From positions 2,857,124 through 2,921,123 of the forward strand of contig CM082586.2 in assembly GCA_040954595.2 (NCBI GenBank): a stretch of DNA of 64,000 nt, given 5' to 3'. The translations under genes and the position numbers were made by a program. Source of the stretch: Balanoglossus misakiensis. Lineage: Eukaryota > Animalia > Hemichordata. This document shows positions 1-14,687 of this stretch, in pieces. The notes under the pieces are model-generated. The model was given only the letters and a program-made list of their open reading frames with translations, searched no databases and had not been told where the DNA came from. Position 1 is the stretch's first letter, and every line of letters starts with the position of its first letter.

Positions 1-3000
1 CGCTGACAGGCATACTTTCAGAGCCTGTAACATGTACCGAGTTATCTTAGTTTATTCCTCTTCGCAAATTTGTCCAAATCTTGCTCATTTTGCTACAATT
101 ACATCAATCAAATACACACAGTGCTTTTCGCTAATTAAGGGTATTTAGAACCCATATAAATGTTACCAGGGTTCGAGAATTGTTTTACCAGGGTTCCCTT
201 TGGTACATATGTACTAAGACATCACATTACATGTACCAGGGTCCTTAAAATCATTTTACACTGATGTGTTAAAATCACTCTTCCGTAGTTCAGCAGCTTT
301 GTTCAAAAGATGTGGTACTGTATTCATGTATGTGTGTACATCTGTAGGTTTGATACTCGAACAAGTGCATCTGACCTTTTGCAATCAGCATCCAATGGCC
401 ACTGCACTTTCTACATCATTGTTTACCCCTGAAAACAAAGCAAGCACCAGGTTTTTAAAAACCTACAACTTCAGCACTATGATCGGATCTGAATGCCTAT
501 GTAATTCCATTTGTCTGCAACCACAGCCCATCAGCTGCTACTCAGACCATAATTCAATTTCATACTGATAATTGCATTCGATAAGCGACAGCAATGATCG
601 TGCGTTGCGATAAGACCCCCGGCTGAGATTAGCGAAATGAACATGATCACGGAACGCTTGAAGGGCGAACGGGCTGCCGATCACAGCCGACTGCACGCTC
701 ACGACTTACTTCCAACAATGGGACTCCGATCAGCCAGAAGCTGGGAATTGTGAGGAGAGATCGGCTTTCCCTTGAAGTCAGGGCTCCAGCTTTGCGTGCC
801 AAGGAAGTGACTCGTCAGATGGACAGTGGCATGTACATGTAACGGGGCTGTCAATGCCAACATTCCCTGAATGAAACATCTGAATCATTTCACATGTGTT
901 GCCATACATGAGGAAACTGTCAGGGTTTAATCGCCCGGCAGTATCTATCATGCATAAAGCACGCAACCCCAATCATGGGAATATAGTGAGAATTACTTCC
1001 ATATATTGTTGTTGTCAGCCCTGGCACAATCTCCAAAGCCTGTCTTGTACAATTGCCTGTCATTCTTTCCCACAACTACATCAAAGTGACAAGTTTTGTT
1101 CCCCGGTGTGTCCTCGCCACCATAGGCCTATCAGCAAGTCTGTTTCAATTCTATCCCAGCCAAGAGACACGTTTCCGCAATCCATCGATATTCCCGACCG
1201 CAGACTATGGCAATTAAAGTACCAAGTTTTACAGAACCAACCATTCCACACAATCTGATGGTGATAGACCTCGGCCTGCTCCAAAAGATTATCCAAATGA
1301 ATATGCAACCGCCTTAGGGGATGTGCCTGCATTACTACAAACAACAGAGCAATCTGGAGGTTGTTTGCATCCACCGGCTGTAATTAAGTTACAGAAGTAA
1401 AGCCCTAGAAGTGTCCTCATTTAGGGTAATGCAAACATTGTGGAGTGTGCCCCCAGACCGTGCCTTCGGGGATGAATTCTTGAAGGAGGGCGTTTCCATG
1501 GATGTGAAAATAGGGCATGTGCTTTGATGTTGATGTTCTCACTGTGTGTTCTTATACAGATGTATCTTTTGAAGCAGAAGGTTCAGTTTGATTTACGCCA
1601 GTGAAACACCAGGTAATCACATCAGTGGACTTTCGTTCTCATTATGACTGACTCTTGTTATGCCATAAAATTCATCAAAGTCGGCCCACTGGTGATTTCG
1701 TTGGCAAACTTCATACTTTCCATGTCAGGGCACTTCGACCGACTGCCCATCCTTCAAACAACGGTTTCTGGGGCAGGTACAATTCATTGTCAATAACCCA
1801 GTGCTGCAAGCATATTACAGTTTTTTTCAGCGGAACGACACCATAAATAATGCCACTCTGTCCATTAATGAACTAGGCTGTAAGAATCACATTCTCAAAT
1901 GGTGACAGCTGGCATGCAGACAGGAAGTATTATGTGACAATCAAATTAGTTTTGTGGACATACACCAATTTCAGCCAGGTTTGCGTGAAATCTGCTGTTG
2001 ACAAGGATTTAATGAAAATTTAATTACCCGTGTTCATTCCAAGGACCTGGTTTGGCTCTGATGTGAAGGCCATACAAGGACATGTCGCAATGGATAAGAA
2101 ACTGTGAATAATGAATGGTTTGCTGGGAGGCATTTAATGAAAAGAGTTCTTGTAGGACATAATTTCTGAATCACTGCTCTAGTACAAAGCATGATGATGG
2201 CAAACTGTGTTACACATTATGAGCAACTATTTATCGGGTTATCCAATATGGCTGCCGCCGTCGGCCATTTTGGTTTGTCGGCCATTTTGGTTCAAATTTG
2301 CCTGCCACTCATCCAATTCAATAGTGAATATAAATGAAGCCTCAGACCCATGGCTGCATGTACAGCTGTAAAAAAAAACAAATGTACTGGGAACTAATTG
2401 TTAAGATACGAATCGGCTAGTACAGAAAGGTTATTCACCTGCCTGTGTGGTGCAGCTGAGATGACATACTGGGGTCAGGGAAGCTTCGTGACCCAACCAC
2501 ATATCACTGCACTACTACTAGTTAGCTGTCATGCACACATGTACATGTGGACTTTTGCAAATGTTGATTGAGCACACATCTGAGATATCCCATGGATATT
2601 TGACATATTTCTGCATTTGTAACATATCAGATGTAGGTAGCAAATATTTTTTAATATAACGATTAATTTTGTTTTTTTAAAGTCTATCTCTTTCCAAGCC
2701 AATGATTTTATAAAATTTCTACTTTCTGGTAATTTTCTCTGAAATACATGTACGCTCCATGATAATCGACCAATGTTGATTCACATGACGTGCGTTGGAC
2801 AAAACAAGACTGACACATCATGACATCATAAAACACTGGACACAAATTAATGTGGAACTAAGAGCCCGACGAATGCGCAGTAACAAAACAGCTTTCACGT
2901 TTATAGAAACCGCATCATTAATTTTGATGCGTTTATTGTGCAGTTGACAAGACCAATGTGATCTCTATCTCTCCTCAAATGTATCTATTTTTAGAAAACT

Positions 3001-6000
3001 TCTCTTAACGTTTTCAAGTGGAACTCAACTGAATGAAAATCACACGTCCTGTAAGGCATGGCAGTCTTCATATCTTAACGCCTACTTTGATGTTATATTT
3101 TATCATCATTATAATTCTTATTATTATCATAATGTAGTAATGACAGTTTATCACAATTCTTGAAAATTAAGATTTATTTAAAAAATGTACTCACATTTTC
3201 ATGGATTTTATATGTATTTAAAAAACTAATGAAATAAATATTCTAGGAATGTTACGTTTTATAAATATTAAATAAACACGTATTGTGACTGTGTACATTT
3301 GCTGAATAATACATTCCTTCTCCCGGTGTGAAATATGACATGATAGTGTGTGAGAAGACGATTCACAAAAATACTTGAAATTCCTGTGAAAAATTAGAGA
3401 CGACAGGATCCTCGTCACAGATGGATATCTACGTCGATAACTGCGATTGGCGACAGATCGCAGATGAATTCATAACTGCGATCGCTGACGTATTGAGGCG
3501 ATGACCTGGACTCCGGCGTTCGGGAGAGATAGACTTCTCAGTGTTAATATGCAAGACTGAACACATGCCAAGTTAATGGGCCAGAAATGCAGAAACTGCA
3601 TTAGTGATGGGTAAAACCCATTCAACGACTCTGTAGACCGCTGCGATATCATCTAAATTTAAACAACAGTATTAGTGCATTATTGGACATTAGCGAGTTT
3701 AATTCTCAAACCAAGGCCGTGTTGACACAGTCCTTTTTTTAACGACTAGGAATATTTAATCAAAATTACTGAAATTAAAAATCACAAAATGTTTTATTTC
3801 GATTGATTAATTTTCCAAGTGATTATTACACTCACAACTCATCTATAATTAGAGCCCTGTCTCATGAAAATAATCATCCATGAATGATCGTATAGAGATA
3901 AAACAAAAAGTTCTCAAAGACAGACAGAAGCCTGCTTGACACTGTTAATGATCAGAAACCATGAGGACCGGGCTATTGATCCGACTGCAGGTCAAAGGTC
4001 ATGAACCAGTCCCATAATTCGAAATTCATGCCTTTCGTGTGAAACAGGTTTTGGCTTGTCGCATGATGCATTGCTGTTGTTGAAATGACTGTTCCTGTCA
4101 TGTTGTACCTGACTGAGACAGTTGTGTTGAAATGACCAGACTGAATTTCCCCTTTAATTAATTAATCGTCATTCCTTGATTGATTCTGTCGATATGTAGG
4201 TGCTTTCAATTGGGATTGAGCTACGGACAATTTGATAACACTTCTACATCAATTACAATCACAAAACGTGATTACAACCGCGGACTAACTGACAATTAAA
4301 ATTAATTTTTGCTCTGCATGGTCACCATGGCAATGTGACGAAATCCCCAGTGTATCTTTTGGAGGATATATTTCATCCTTCGTAAGCGCCATGCTTTACA
4401 GGGGGGTCAGAGCAATCAATTTCTGCTCACGTTCATTTCAATCTGAAATGGACGGCAGCGGACTCCAGAGGATTTTGTGACTCAACAGTCTCAGTGCCAA
4501 TGGGGCTCACTCTTCCAGCAGGATTACCGATCCTCCAACTTAGACGATTTATCGCACACATGACGTCACTCAAGGAGGTCAGAGGTCAGGCTACAGGAAT
4601 AAATGACGCTTTAACAGTCGCAGAACCTACCACCTTCATAATCCGTCCAATCACGTCATGGGTGTGATCGCTCACTCACTCACTCGCGCGTTGGTCGATG
4701 GTGTCTCTACTCCTATTCTGCTTGTTTTTCTAGTTGTTCAAATTTGCGACCTACACGTTTTCATCGCGTACAGAGCTACGTGAGAGACAGCAGTTAGTGT
4801 CAAATCTCATAAAATATGTAGACAGATGTCAGATGAATGATTGTTATGTACAAGTACATAATGGTAATAATCAAATTGAATAAAAATATTTACTGACAAT
4901 CAACTCTTGGGGGATTAATTCCGCCACATTTTGTAATTAATTGCAAAACCCTTACAGCATAAAAAATAAAAAAAATATGGTCACATTGTGGAGAGAGAGA
5001 GAAAAGGTGACGTGGCGTTATTAATGAGTGACTGTGGGAGGTAATCGATTCAATTAGCATGAAATATGTTCATCAAGAACAAATGAAATGCTGTAGTGTT
5101 ACGCAACACATCACAATTGGTAGGAGTGTGGAAACGTGCCGTAAAATTAATGTCAGGGAAAATTTAATTTACACAGAATGTTTGCACAGGGTTTGGTGAA
5201 ACATTGCAAAGTGGATTATACCTGGCATAAATTACTATACATTCAACCTTGTGATAATATATTATTACTTTGCCAGCCATTACATTTGATGCATGTGCAC
5301 AGAAAAAAAAAAGTACAGGGGATCTTCAATGTCAAACTTCCAGGTGCATGTACTTGGTTGAACAGAAGCAGTCAACCATAATGATCCAAACAGCCTTGAC
5401 CAGATTTTTACATCCAAGGCCACAATCGTTAGCTTCTGTGTAGTGTGTGTCTGGATTCTTTGCCTAGCACAATATACAAGCCTTTGAAACTTTTAATTGT
5501 GACAATACTCTTTCTTCTGAATCTCATGTTATACACACCTCTTTAATAATTCTGGAGGCAAACGTGGGGAAATACCCTACAGATGATTAATTTTGCTTTA
5601 CACTGATCTGTAGTATTGTACCATCCAAACCAAAATTCTACTTCACCACCAGGACTACAGACAGACAGCACTTCACTGAAATGACAAATGTCCACTAAAT
5701 GAACCATAAAGCTTGATTGTTACATGTATGATTCAGGACTAGTATCACACACAACCACTTCTGTAATGCTGATTCAAGCCAAGCCCATTTCCATTCCACA
5801 GCCAAGTTGTGCCAGACACGGCATTGTTTTCCTTCCTGGACAGGATTCCTTACAACTCGTTCCGCCCCATCGATATTGCCAATGTGGACAAGACACTTGA
5901 CAGCACATTTGTCACACACGTCTCATTGTGTCATTCATTACTGCCACGTCCGTTCCACGATGACACGTGACATGAATGGGTCAGTGTGGGGGCTGGAGTT

Positions 6001-6214
6001 TGCTCGTCTGGCGTCTGCTCGCTCTTAAAGAAGGTAGTAGTCTTTCTCACTGTCTATGGAAGGCATTCCAGTGGAGGCCTTCTTTTGTTATTAATGCTAA
6101 CTTCAGGCTTTGAGTCTGATGTCTTTGGGACAATGAAACGCATATATTATCGAGCGCTGTAAAGACGATCATCAGTTCTGGGCCACCATTCTCCACATGG
6201 TTACTACAGATTTA

Positions 6215-6242
6215 TGTGTGTGTGTGTGTGTGTGTGTGTGTG
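6215..6242. repeat. (TG)n microsatellite
   Basis: About 14 TG units. Confidence 0.9.
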
Positions 6243-9200
6243 GAGGGGGGTTGTTAATGTTAGGTTGCTAGCTCAGTAGCTGACTTCACATTCACAATCA
6301 CAGAACAAATTTCACGTGACAAAATGAGAAGTTTCAAAGTCTCCACTTTAGGATGGTTTCCTGGACAGAAATCGTGCCTCAGTTGTAGTAACTGGCTTTG
6401 CTTGGCTAGGTTCAGATTTTCTCATTTGACACATTACGGCCACTTCACGCTTTTAAACACCCCATAAAACTTTTGTCAAAGGCAATGGAGGCTGGTAAAG
6501 AACTTTTCATGTGCTGTTTTTTACCACCTTCCTGTACGTAAAAGTATTCTACTGTTGTTCAAAACAGAAGGCAGCTTTAATCATTACAAGTTGAACTGTT
6601 TCAAACTGACAGATTGTATTTTTCTGTTAAGCAGAAAAACAAAACAAATAGATAAGCCCCCAAGAATACAGATTTACATCGCAAGAACCAGTCCTTTTCT
6701 GTAACCGCCAGACTTAAGAACTGTCTCAGTGACAAAAAAGTCTACTCTGCTCACTGAAAAGTAATTAAAACTTGTTCTCTATTGTGTACATGAAAGGTGA
6801 AAACTGGCCCATCACAAGCCCCAGTCTTCCATGTCTGTAGGCAGTGTTTGTTGGGATTCAACGCAATCTTGCTGAGTGAAGCCCATCCAGGGTGGTGCAA
6901 GGCTTTGGCTGGCTACAAAAGAGGGATTTTCAGCAAGTAGCCTGCAAACCGCAGATACCTGCGTTTTGCAAAGTCTGAATTCCTGACAAGGCTTACAGGG
7001 GATATTCCAGTGGTATGATACTCTAGAATCCAGAGTCATTTTTGCTATGAAAAAGTCTGGACTCTAGACTGGTGGTTTGATAGTTACCAAATGTAGTAAT
7101 GAACACATATTGATATGGATCACAGATTTGTGGCAGAAATATGCCTGTGCTGGGGGCCATGTTTTTGGTAAACACAGATTGAAAACACCCTGTGTTGACA
7201 AGACATTCCACAAAACTACATCACGGGCAAGAATCAAACAAACGCTGACGGTTGTACTGCGTCTCAGTGCCTGACTATGAACCTGATGTGATAAGAGCCA
7301 CAGCCCAAGCTCTGTTTTGACGTCATCCGACCAACATCGGAGCCAGCTTCTAATAACTAGACATTCAAATCAGCATTCCTTCATAAGCAAGCAACGGCAG
7401 AACTGAAATTCCACTCTAATCAATGAAATTCTTGCAACCAGCCCTCCCAGTGTAGTGATACATGTCCACTGATTTCCACCCGGAGAACACCACTGCCTTC
7501 CCCATTCAATCAGTATAAACAGGCCACAGTCTGCATAAGCATTGGGATATTTTTCCACTCCAAGTTTTTGCAGCTCTAAACATGATGATTTGCCTAAACA
7601 GAAACCGAAAAAAAACTACAGTACTGGTGTTTCATCTTGCTTGGGGTAAAGGTCATAGGTGGGGGGGAGTGTGCTGAAAACTCAAGCACTGGTCTACATA
7701 TTTCCTTATCATGTAGTTGTATTTCATGCGTTCTGGGGTAATTCTATCAGTCAATCAACCAATGGGGTAGCCCACACTGATAAGACCGAGATTAGAAATT
7801 GATTTGAGATGGTTGAGTTTGAGATAGCACTTAGCATCACAGTTTCTCTCTGATTACTTTGCAGGATTGAGAGAGAAAAAGTCTTGAGTTCACAATGGCA
7901 GGTTTCCCCTCCAGGGAACCAATCAACATTCTCCAACATAGAGGAGGTGGTGACTCAGCTGCCTGATAAAGACCCCCTTCCTCCAACCAATCAAGAGACA
8001 GCATGATGAAGAGAGACCCTGCTCCAACCAATCAACAAGCTATGTCTATTTCTGCCAGTGTACATTTCAGTGATCACCTCTCTCTTACTGTAACCCTTTC
8101 ACCACCATGGTTTGACCCAGATCCACTGTTCCCCGTGGTGAAGTTGGACCTCTAAAGAGTGAACTGGGGGTGAAAGGGTTCAACCTAGTAAACCAAACAC
8201 CCATAACAGAAACCTGCTGTTACGAGGATAAAAAAAAGTTGCCCCAACAAGAATGTTTATTACACTCTTTTCCCTGGGGATTCGTTACAAACTAGGTCAC
8301 TCCTGAGTATATCAATTTAAATATTTAAACAGCACTTTGTCAAGTTAATGAGTACACCTTGGACTGACCGCTAAGACTTTGGGTTTTATTGATTGGTCTT
8401 TCCACTGACCTTGCATAATTGGATGATTACTTTATGTGAGCAGAAATTGGCAAATGGGGGTAAGAAAACAATGACCTGGTTTTTGAATTCCAAAGTATGT
8501 ATTTAATGACCATGAAAAAGAGAAGACGGTAACCAACAATAACGGCATTCCTGGGGAAGAATTCGCAAAGCCTTGTTGAAGAATGGTGTGGTCGAGGTAT
8601 GCGAGGGCCTGTCATAACAAAATGGATGCTTGTGTGGCTTCTCAACAGGGAAGTGGGGAAAAAAAGAAATAAAAAGTTTGGAACCTTCTGAGATATTTGG
8701 CGCTCCTCGAGTCGTGACAAGTTCGATCATGAGTAAGGTGTGGTTTGGTGGGGAATTTGTTGGATATGACAAGTTTGCTGAAGTCTACCCCAGTTGTCAG
8801 CCATCACCTCAAACACAATTACTAAGTACAAAGGTACATGTAATATGTTCTGCACACACTCTCCAACTTCAGAGTCCATGAAAAAGAAAACTTTGTGGTT
8901 GAAACAGAACAGTGGGTGTAACACTTATTGACGGTGTACATTTCACACACTTGGGATAATCGAAAAACAAACAAACGCAGCAGCTGACCATGACCACAAT
9001 GTCAACTATTTCTTTTGCTGAATTCCCTGGGTGTGATTCACCAAATGACAACAATTATACAGGGGTTACTCTCTCATTATTGGACAATTTGGCATAATAC
9101 AGTATAAAACATGTCTGAGCCGGACCCTGTCCACTGGTAATCTGGAAACCTCTCTATACCAAACATATACTGACTGAATATTCTGGACTTGACCTTCTGA

Positions 9201-12200
9201 GGAACCAGTAGGAGATGAACATGACTATTCCATTTGTGAAATCCCAGACTGTATACTGTCCATTTGTAGGTCATGGGGATTCCTTTGAATATCCACTGGC
9301 TCTACAATGACACACACACACGCACAGACAAAGAAAATCTCTGTTCACGAAAGAGCCCACGCAACATGTTTCTGGGTGCATGTCATTTTGATTTCAAAGA
9401 CCGCTTTGGGACATTTGCGAGAGGCAGGAAGTCGCGTAGGCGTTTAAAGACTTTGAATGTGTCATTTCAATACGACTACTGAGGGGATCAGCAGATAAAA
9501 ATAGACAGAAATCTGATTATTCCGGATTTGAATCCCATTAAGATGGAACGGCGATTTTTGAACAAAAACTCCAAGGTTTTCTTTTGTGGTTTGAATGTAG
9601 ATAGTTGATCACCTTTGTGTGAAAAAAAACATGCCGCGCCATGTTTTTTTCTAAATGTTATCTTCAGATGAATGTATTCGTATTTCAATGAAAAGACAAA
9701 AAAGGAGATATATTTTATTGTTAGTGTGACAGTGTAAATGCCAGATTGTTTCTTTTGTTTTTCAATTACCTCAAGTGCCCCTTGAAATGTCATTATCTGG
9801 AAAACAAAGCGCTTGTTTGAAAACGAAATAACATTGAGTGATGTGGCGTGTCGTCCATCGCCTTTGCCATGCATATTCTTTCAAGGTCCTGCAATAATAT
9901 CCTTTATGATCAGCAGCCCTGTCCCTACCAAACTGTTTGGTAAATACCTAATCATTCTCAAAAGCATGACTGGAGCAAAGAACAGGCAATAGGGGTCAGG
10001 GGGTCAGAGGTCAGACCAAAAGGTCACAAGGCCCAAGCGAGCACTTCTTTCATGCTTCAGTCTTGTGCAAAGACTGGGAATGAGTTCTCAAGTCTTTAAC
10101 AGCCACGCAAGTTCCCCGAGGGATTTGACACAACCCACCTGAGCGACACATTTAAAATTGCCTGCTCGAAGTCAGAAGGTCGCTGCACTTTAATGTTTCC
10201 GCTGAAATTTGCTAGACATTCGTCTTCCTGGGAATTGATAGTACGTGACTCACTTTCTTGAGATCGGCTAAAGTCCAGGAAAAGATGAGAGTGAAATTAA
10301 AACAAAGGCACATACATTCATCTGCAATACATTGTTCAATACCTAGTACATGTATCCACCGCTGTATCATTTCTGCCAGTGACCATTCTCCCAGATCACT
10401 TTCAGTCAACTCTAATTGAACACCATACATTTCTGAAACAGAATACCCTTTCAAACCAATTAGTCAATTATACGTCTCAATTACTCAGATTTAGCCAGAC
10501 TAGTTTGCAGTGTCTATACTGCCATGTCAATTTCCCCACACGATAAGTATGTGTGTACATTTCAAAACACAACGAAATGTGATACATTTGATTTATTTGC
10601 ATAGTGATCAGAAGAGAAAAGCCCAATGGTGTAATCCAGATAGCATTTTAAATTGATGGAATCTACATTGCTAATAGGATGACAAGGACGATGTATTCAA
10701 ATACTGGTTGCTGTTTTTATCACGAGAATATACTTCAGTGGAAATGCTAATTGATGATATGTCAGTATGTTGGGCCAATATAATTGTGCTGTTGGTCTGG
10801 GGAACATGTCAACTCAAAGATAGACGTGCATACTGTTTGCAGATCTAGTTGTGCTAGGGAAGGCTTTGCAATGCTCAGATCATACCAATTCATGCACAGA
10901 TCTTCTAGAGGTACATGTACCACTGACTATGCAGGAGTATTGCCATATACCGTTAGTTGACAACTTCCTTCATTCAATTCACAAATCAGCTAATTAGCAA
11001 GCAGCAATTCTAGGAAAATATGACCCTCACATTTCAGTACTCAACAAAAGAGATACCACTACGTTTTTCACATTCAGCAAATATTTACGTAATAATATCC
11101 AATGGTTCATGCACAAAAGTATCACTGGTAAGATTCATCCAGAAGTATGGGACGATATGACCTCATTATCAGAATGTTGTTTAACTCACTAAAGGCACAG
11201 TTACGTATTCATGGCCAAAGTATTATTATTATAATAAATAAACACTCAAGGTAAAATTATCAAAACGTGAGCAGACACATTACAAATGAGGGAGAACAAT
11301 TATTACATATCGCTTTGTTGCATCAGACAGCTGCAAAAGAAACACACATCAAACATCAGTGAAGAAACCATAGATTAATGTACACAGCCGGCAATACCAT
11401 TATGTATGCCTGGTGCTTGTACAGCCATATAATGCATCTGAAGAATCAATACTCCTGTTCAAAGTGAGTTCACATAATTTTCTGTATCAGTCATAATAAA
11501 CATCATAAGAACCTCTGGCCATGAATTATTTGTACACTTTTCCAAATCAATCAAAAACTGTCAATCTTGGACAAATATTACCATATGAAACTAAAATGTC
11601 AATTTCATCGACATGTTCATTCCTTTTAACTCACTTGATACAAAAAATGAAAACAACATGGAAAACCAACAAGCTATCTGTCTGAGATACATTTGTAACA
11701 CAGAATTCAATTGATTTATTTTCTCCCAAAGCACAAGGCAAGATTTGCACTATTGGTAAACGTGACCGTTATTCTGATCAAGGGTGATAAATTTGCCACA
11801 TAAACAAAAGCTAGACTGCTGTACACTATACATGTACATGTGATACAAAAGGGTGTAACCAGAAATAATATGCAAATCAGCCAGGTCGGTGAAAGAGCCT
11901 GATAAAGATATTGAGTAATACATGCATATTTATCCATAATAATTTGATTCTACCAGTAGAACCCTTTAGAACATGACCACACCCTTTCAAATGTAATTTG
12001 TACCTTTTAAATAAAAGCAAGTATTTTTATATATATAGTATAATAGATGCATTTTGTGGAAAATTAAATCTGCTCATAGTATAATTAAGCCTCTTATCTA
12101 ATCCTACGATCATCATTCAAATAAAATTACAATTCCTATATTAATAATCCACCTACATTATCAACTGATTTCAAAGTAACCATCTTGGAGGATTAATGAT

Positions 12201-13033
12201 TAAATATTAACACTCTACCTGTGACCTTATTTATATATTCTCATTGGGAATCTGATGAGACTTTATTTCACTATGGATGATCAGCTGGCTCAGACGCAAC
12301 ACTCAAATATGCATATTGATTTACAGGTATTTATGTACTGCAACAGAATTCATCAGTGTGTCTGCAGATATCAGATCAAGGTATACACACTATAATCTGA
12401 AACCTGACGACACACAAAGAGTCTACCAACATACCAGCACCTGCATAGTAACAAAGACTATTTTGAAAACACTGTGTACTGTCACACCTTCAGCATGTAC
12501 AACGACACACCACCTTGTCAAATTATACCTTTGCAATTCTGTAAAGGTATCATATGACACTGGTAAAGTTCGTTAGCTTTTACCACTCCACACATGAAAT
12601 GTCAATCGTGTCTTTAACATACAAAATAAATAACATACGCCATCATATCACTCCACTGTTCTAAAATTAGAAATGTGATTACATAGACTGCACACACCAA
12701 TGTAAAACTGAGGTGTGACAATCTAACTGAGCAACATAAAAATAGCATGTACAGGTGAGGTGTGTACACAATTGTCGGTTGCACTGCAGTGTCTGCACAA
12801 ATTTATCACACTCCGAATCAACATAAAAAGCTTTTGTGCTTCGAGTACAATTCACCTGTGGTGACTGACTGGGGGTTACCTGTCCCCCACCAGTGCCAAC
12901 CGACAAAGTACATGTATACACAATTCCTGGCTGTTCTGGTGGCATCTATAATTCGTCGCTCCTGTAGATTCCTGGTTGTTAACTCTATGTCCCCTGTGGT
13001 GCCATTTCAATGGCTCCCCCACCTCAGGTGTTA

Positions 13034-13195
<162 letters not shown>

Positions 13196-13624
13196 CTAAG
13201 AGTAGGGGATATAAAAGAAGAAACAGCCATATAAAAATTAAGATCGACTTTTACTATGTAGTTTCATTATTGAAAACACATGCACGTCGGTTTAGGGTGG
13301 AGGCAGATATGTACATTTCAGTTTGCAGGAGTCGACACCCTACTCCCTTACAAACTTAACAACAAACACGATCGCTTTAAAATCGCGATTAGGTTTCAAG
13401 TCTCGTGCACCATAGGAATGGGCTATGGTAAATATCTCACTAGAAAATATCACCCATGACGGCGATCGGTGGGTTGGCGATCCCGGAAAAGCAGGGCGAT
13501 CCACACATTACTACATACAAACAAACGTGTGAAAGGGGCCAAGGCGCTTGCAAACAATGCACAGGCCAGGGTGCTGGGGTTGATGCATGGAAATATATTA
13601 CACCGATTGTACATGGCATTGTCA

Positions 13625-13876
<252 letters not shown>

Positions 13877-13994
13877 TCACATGGGCTCGACCGGCGCGCA
13901 AAGTGAGCAAAAATAACAGACGACAACTCGTTCCCCCAACGAAAGTTTCCACAGTTCCTACGAAGACATAACCCAGTGCAAATCCACAAGATGT

Positions 13995-14015
13995 CCGCCC
14001 GTATGACGTCACTCA
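13995..14015 (-). promoter_or_regulatory. Candidate scribble proximal promoter (CRE palindrome + GC-box-like)
   Basis: TGACGTCA at 14004-14011 next to CCGCCC, ~180 bp upstream of the scribble ATG in CpG-richer sequence. Confidence 0.4.
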
Positions 14016-14687
14016 CCCAGAATGCAACACGATGGGAAATGCCCCTACCAGCCAACTCAGTCAGTAGCCATGTCCACACACCATCACATTAAAATGCTTG
14101 TGCACCCTCATACCCTTGACCGAGCTCTGTTGCTTCGGTCAAATTTGGCATGCGAAAGACGAATCGTCACCGAACTTGACCGGACCTCGTTCACTGGAGC
14201 AGATATATTGAAATTCCGACTTTCATTACATGCATGTATGCATGACTCCATGCATATTGACTTGAGTGGAGTTCAGAACTTGAGGACTTGAAACTTGATG
14301 AACTTTGTTGCAATTCCTAATAAATATTAGGCCAATGCCTAATATCCGAAAAGTAAGAAAAAAAGTATGTGGTCTCCACCCCGGCAATTTTACAATATTA
14401 GACCTACAAAAATAACTGTAAAAGTATGGATTTCTAAATTTGTCTACAGCTTCCTGTTGATTTTCAATGATTGAGGTCCCATAAATTTGCAAACTTTCTG
14501 AACGTTATAAGCAGGCATAGATTAGAGGAATCGCAAATATTATTGGTTAATACTAGTAGGCCAACATTTACCAACGCTTTGGCCTATACTTTGCTTTACT
14601 TGTCATTATTGGCCTCGGTCGACAACACACATAATTTATGTCTGTTAGGACTACAGAGGGCGCTGAATCCAAAAATGCAATCCGAAA

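Noticed and set aside
7750-8040. Repeated CCAACCAATCAA motifs (also TGATTGG x3 at 59745-59830)
   Set aside because: Could be CCAAT boxes, but no associated transcript feature is visible. More likely degenerate simple repeats.
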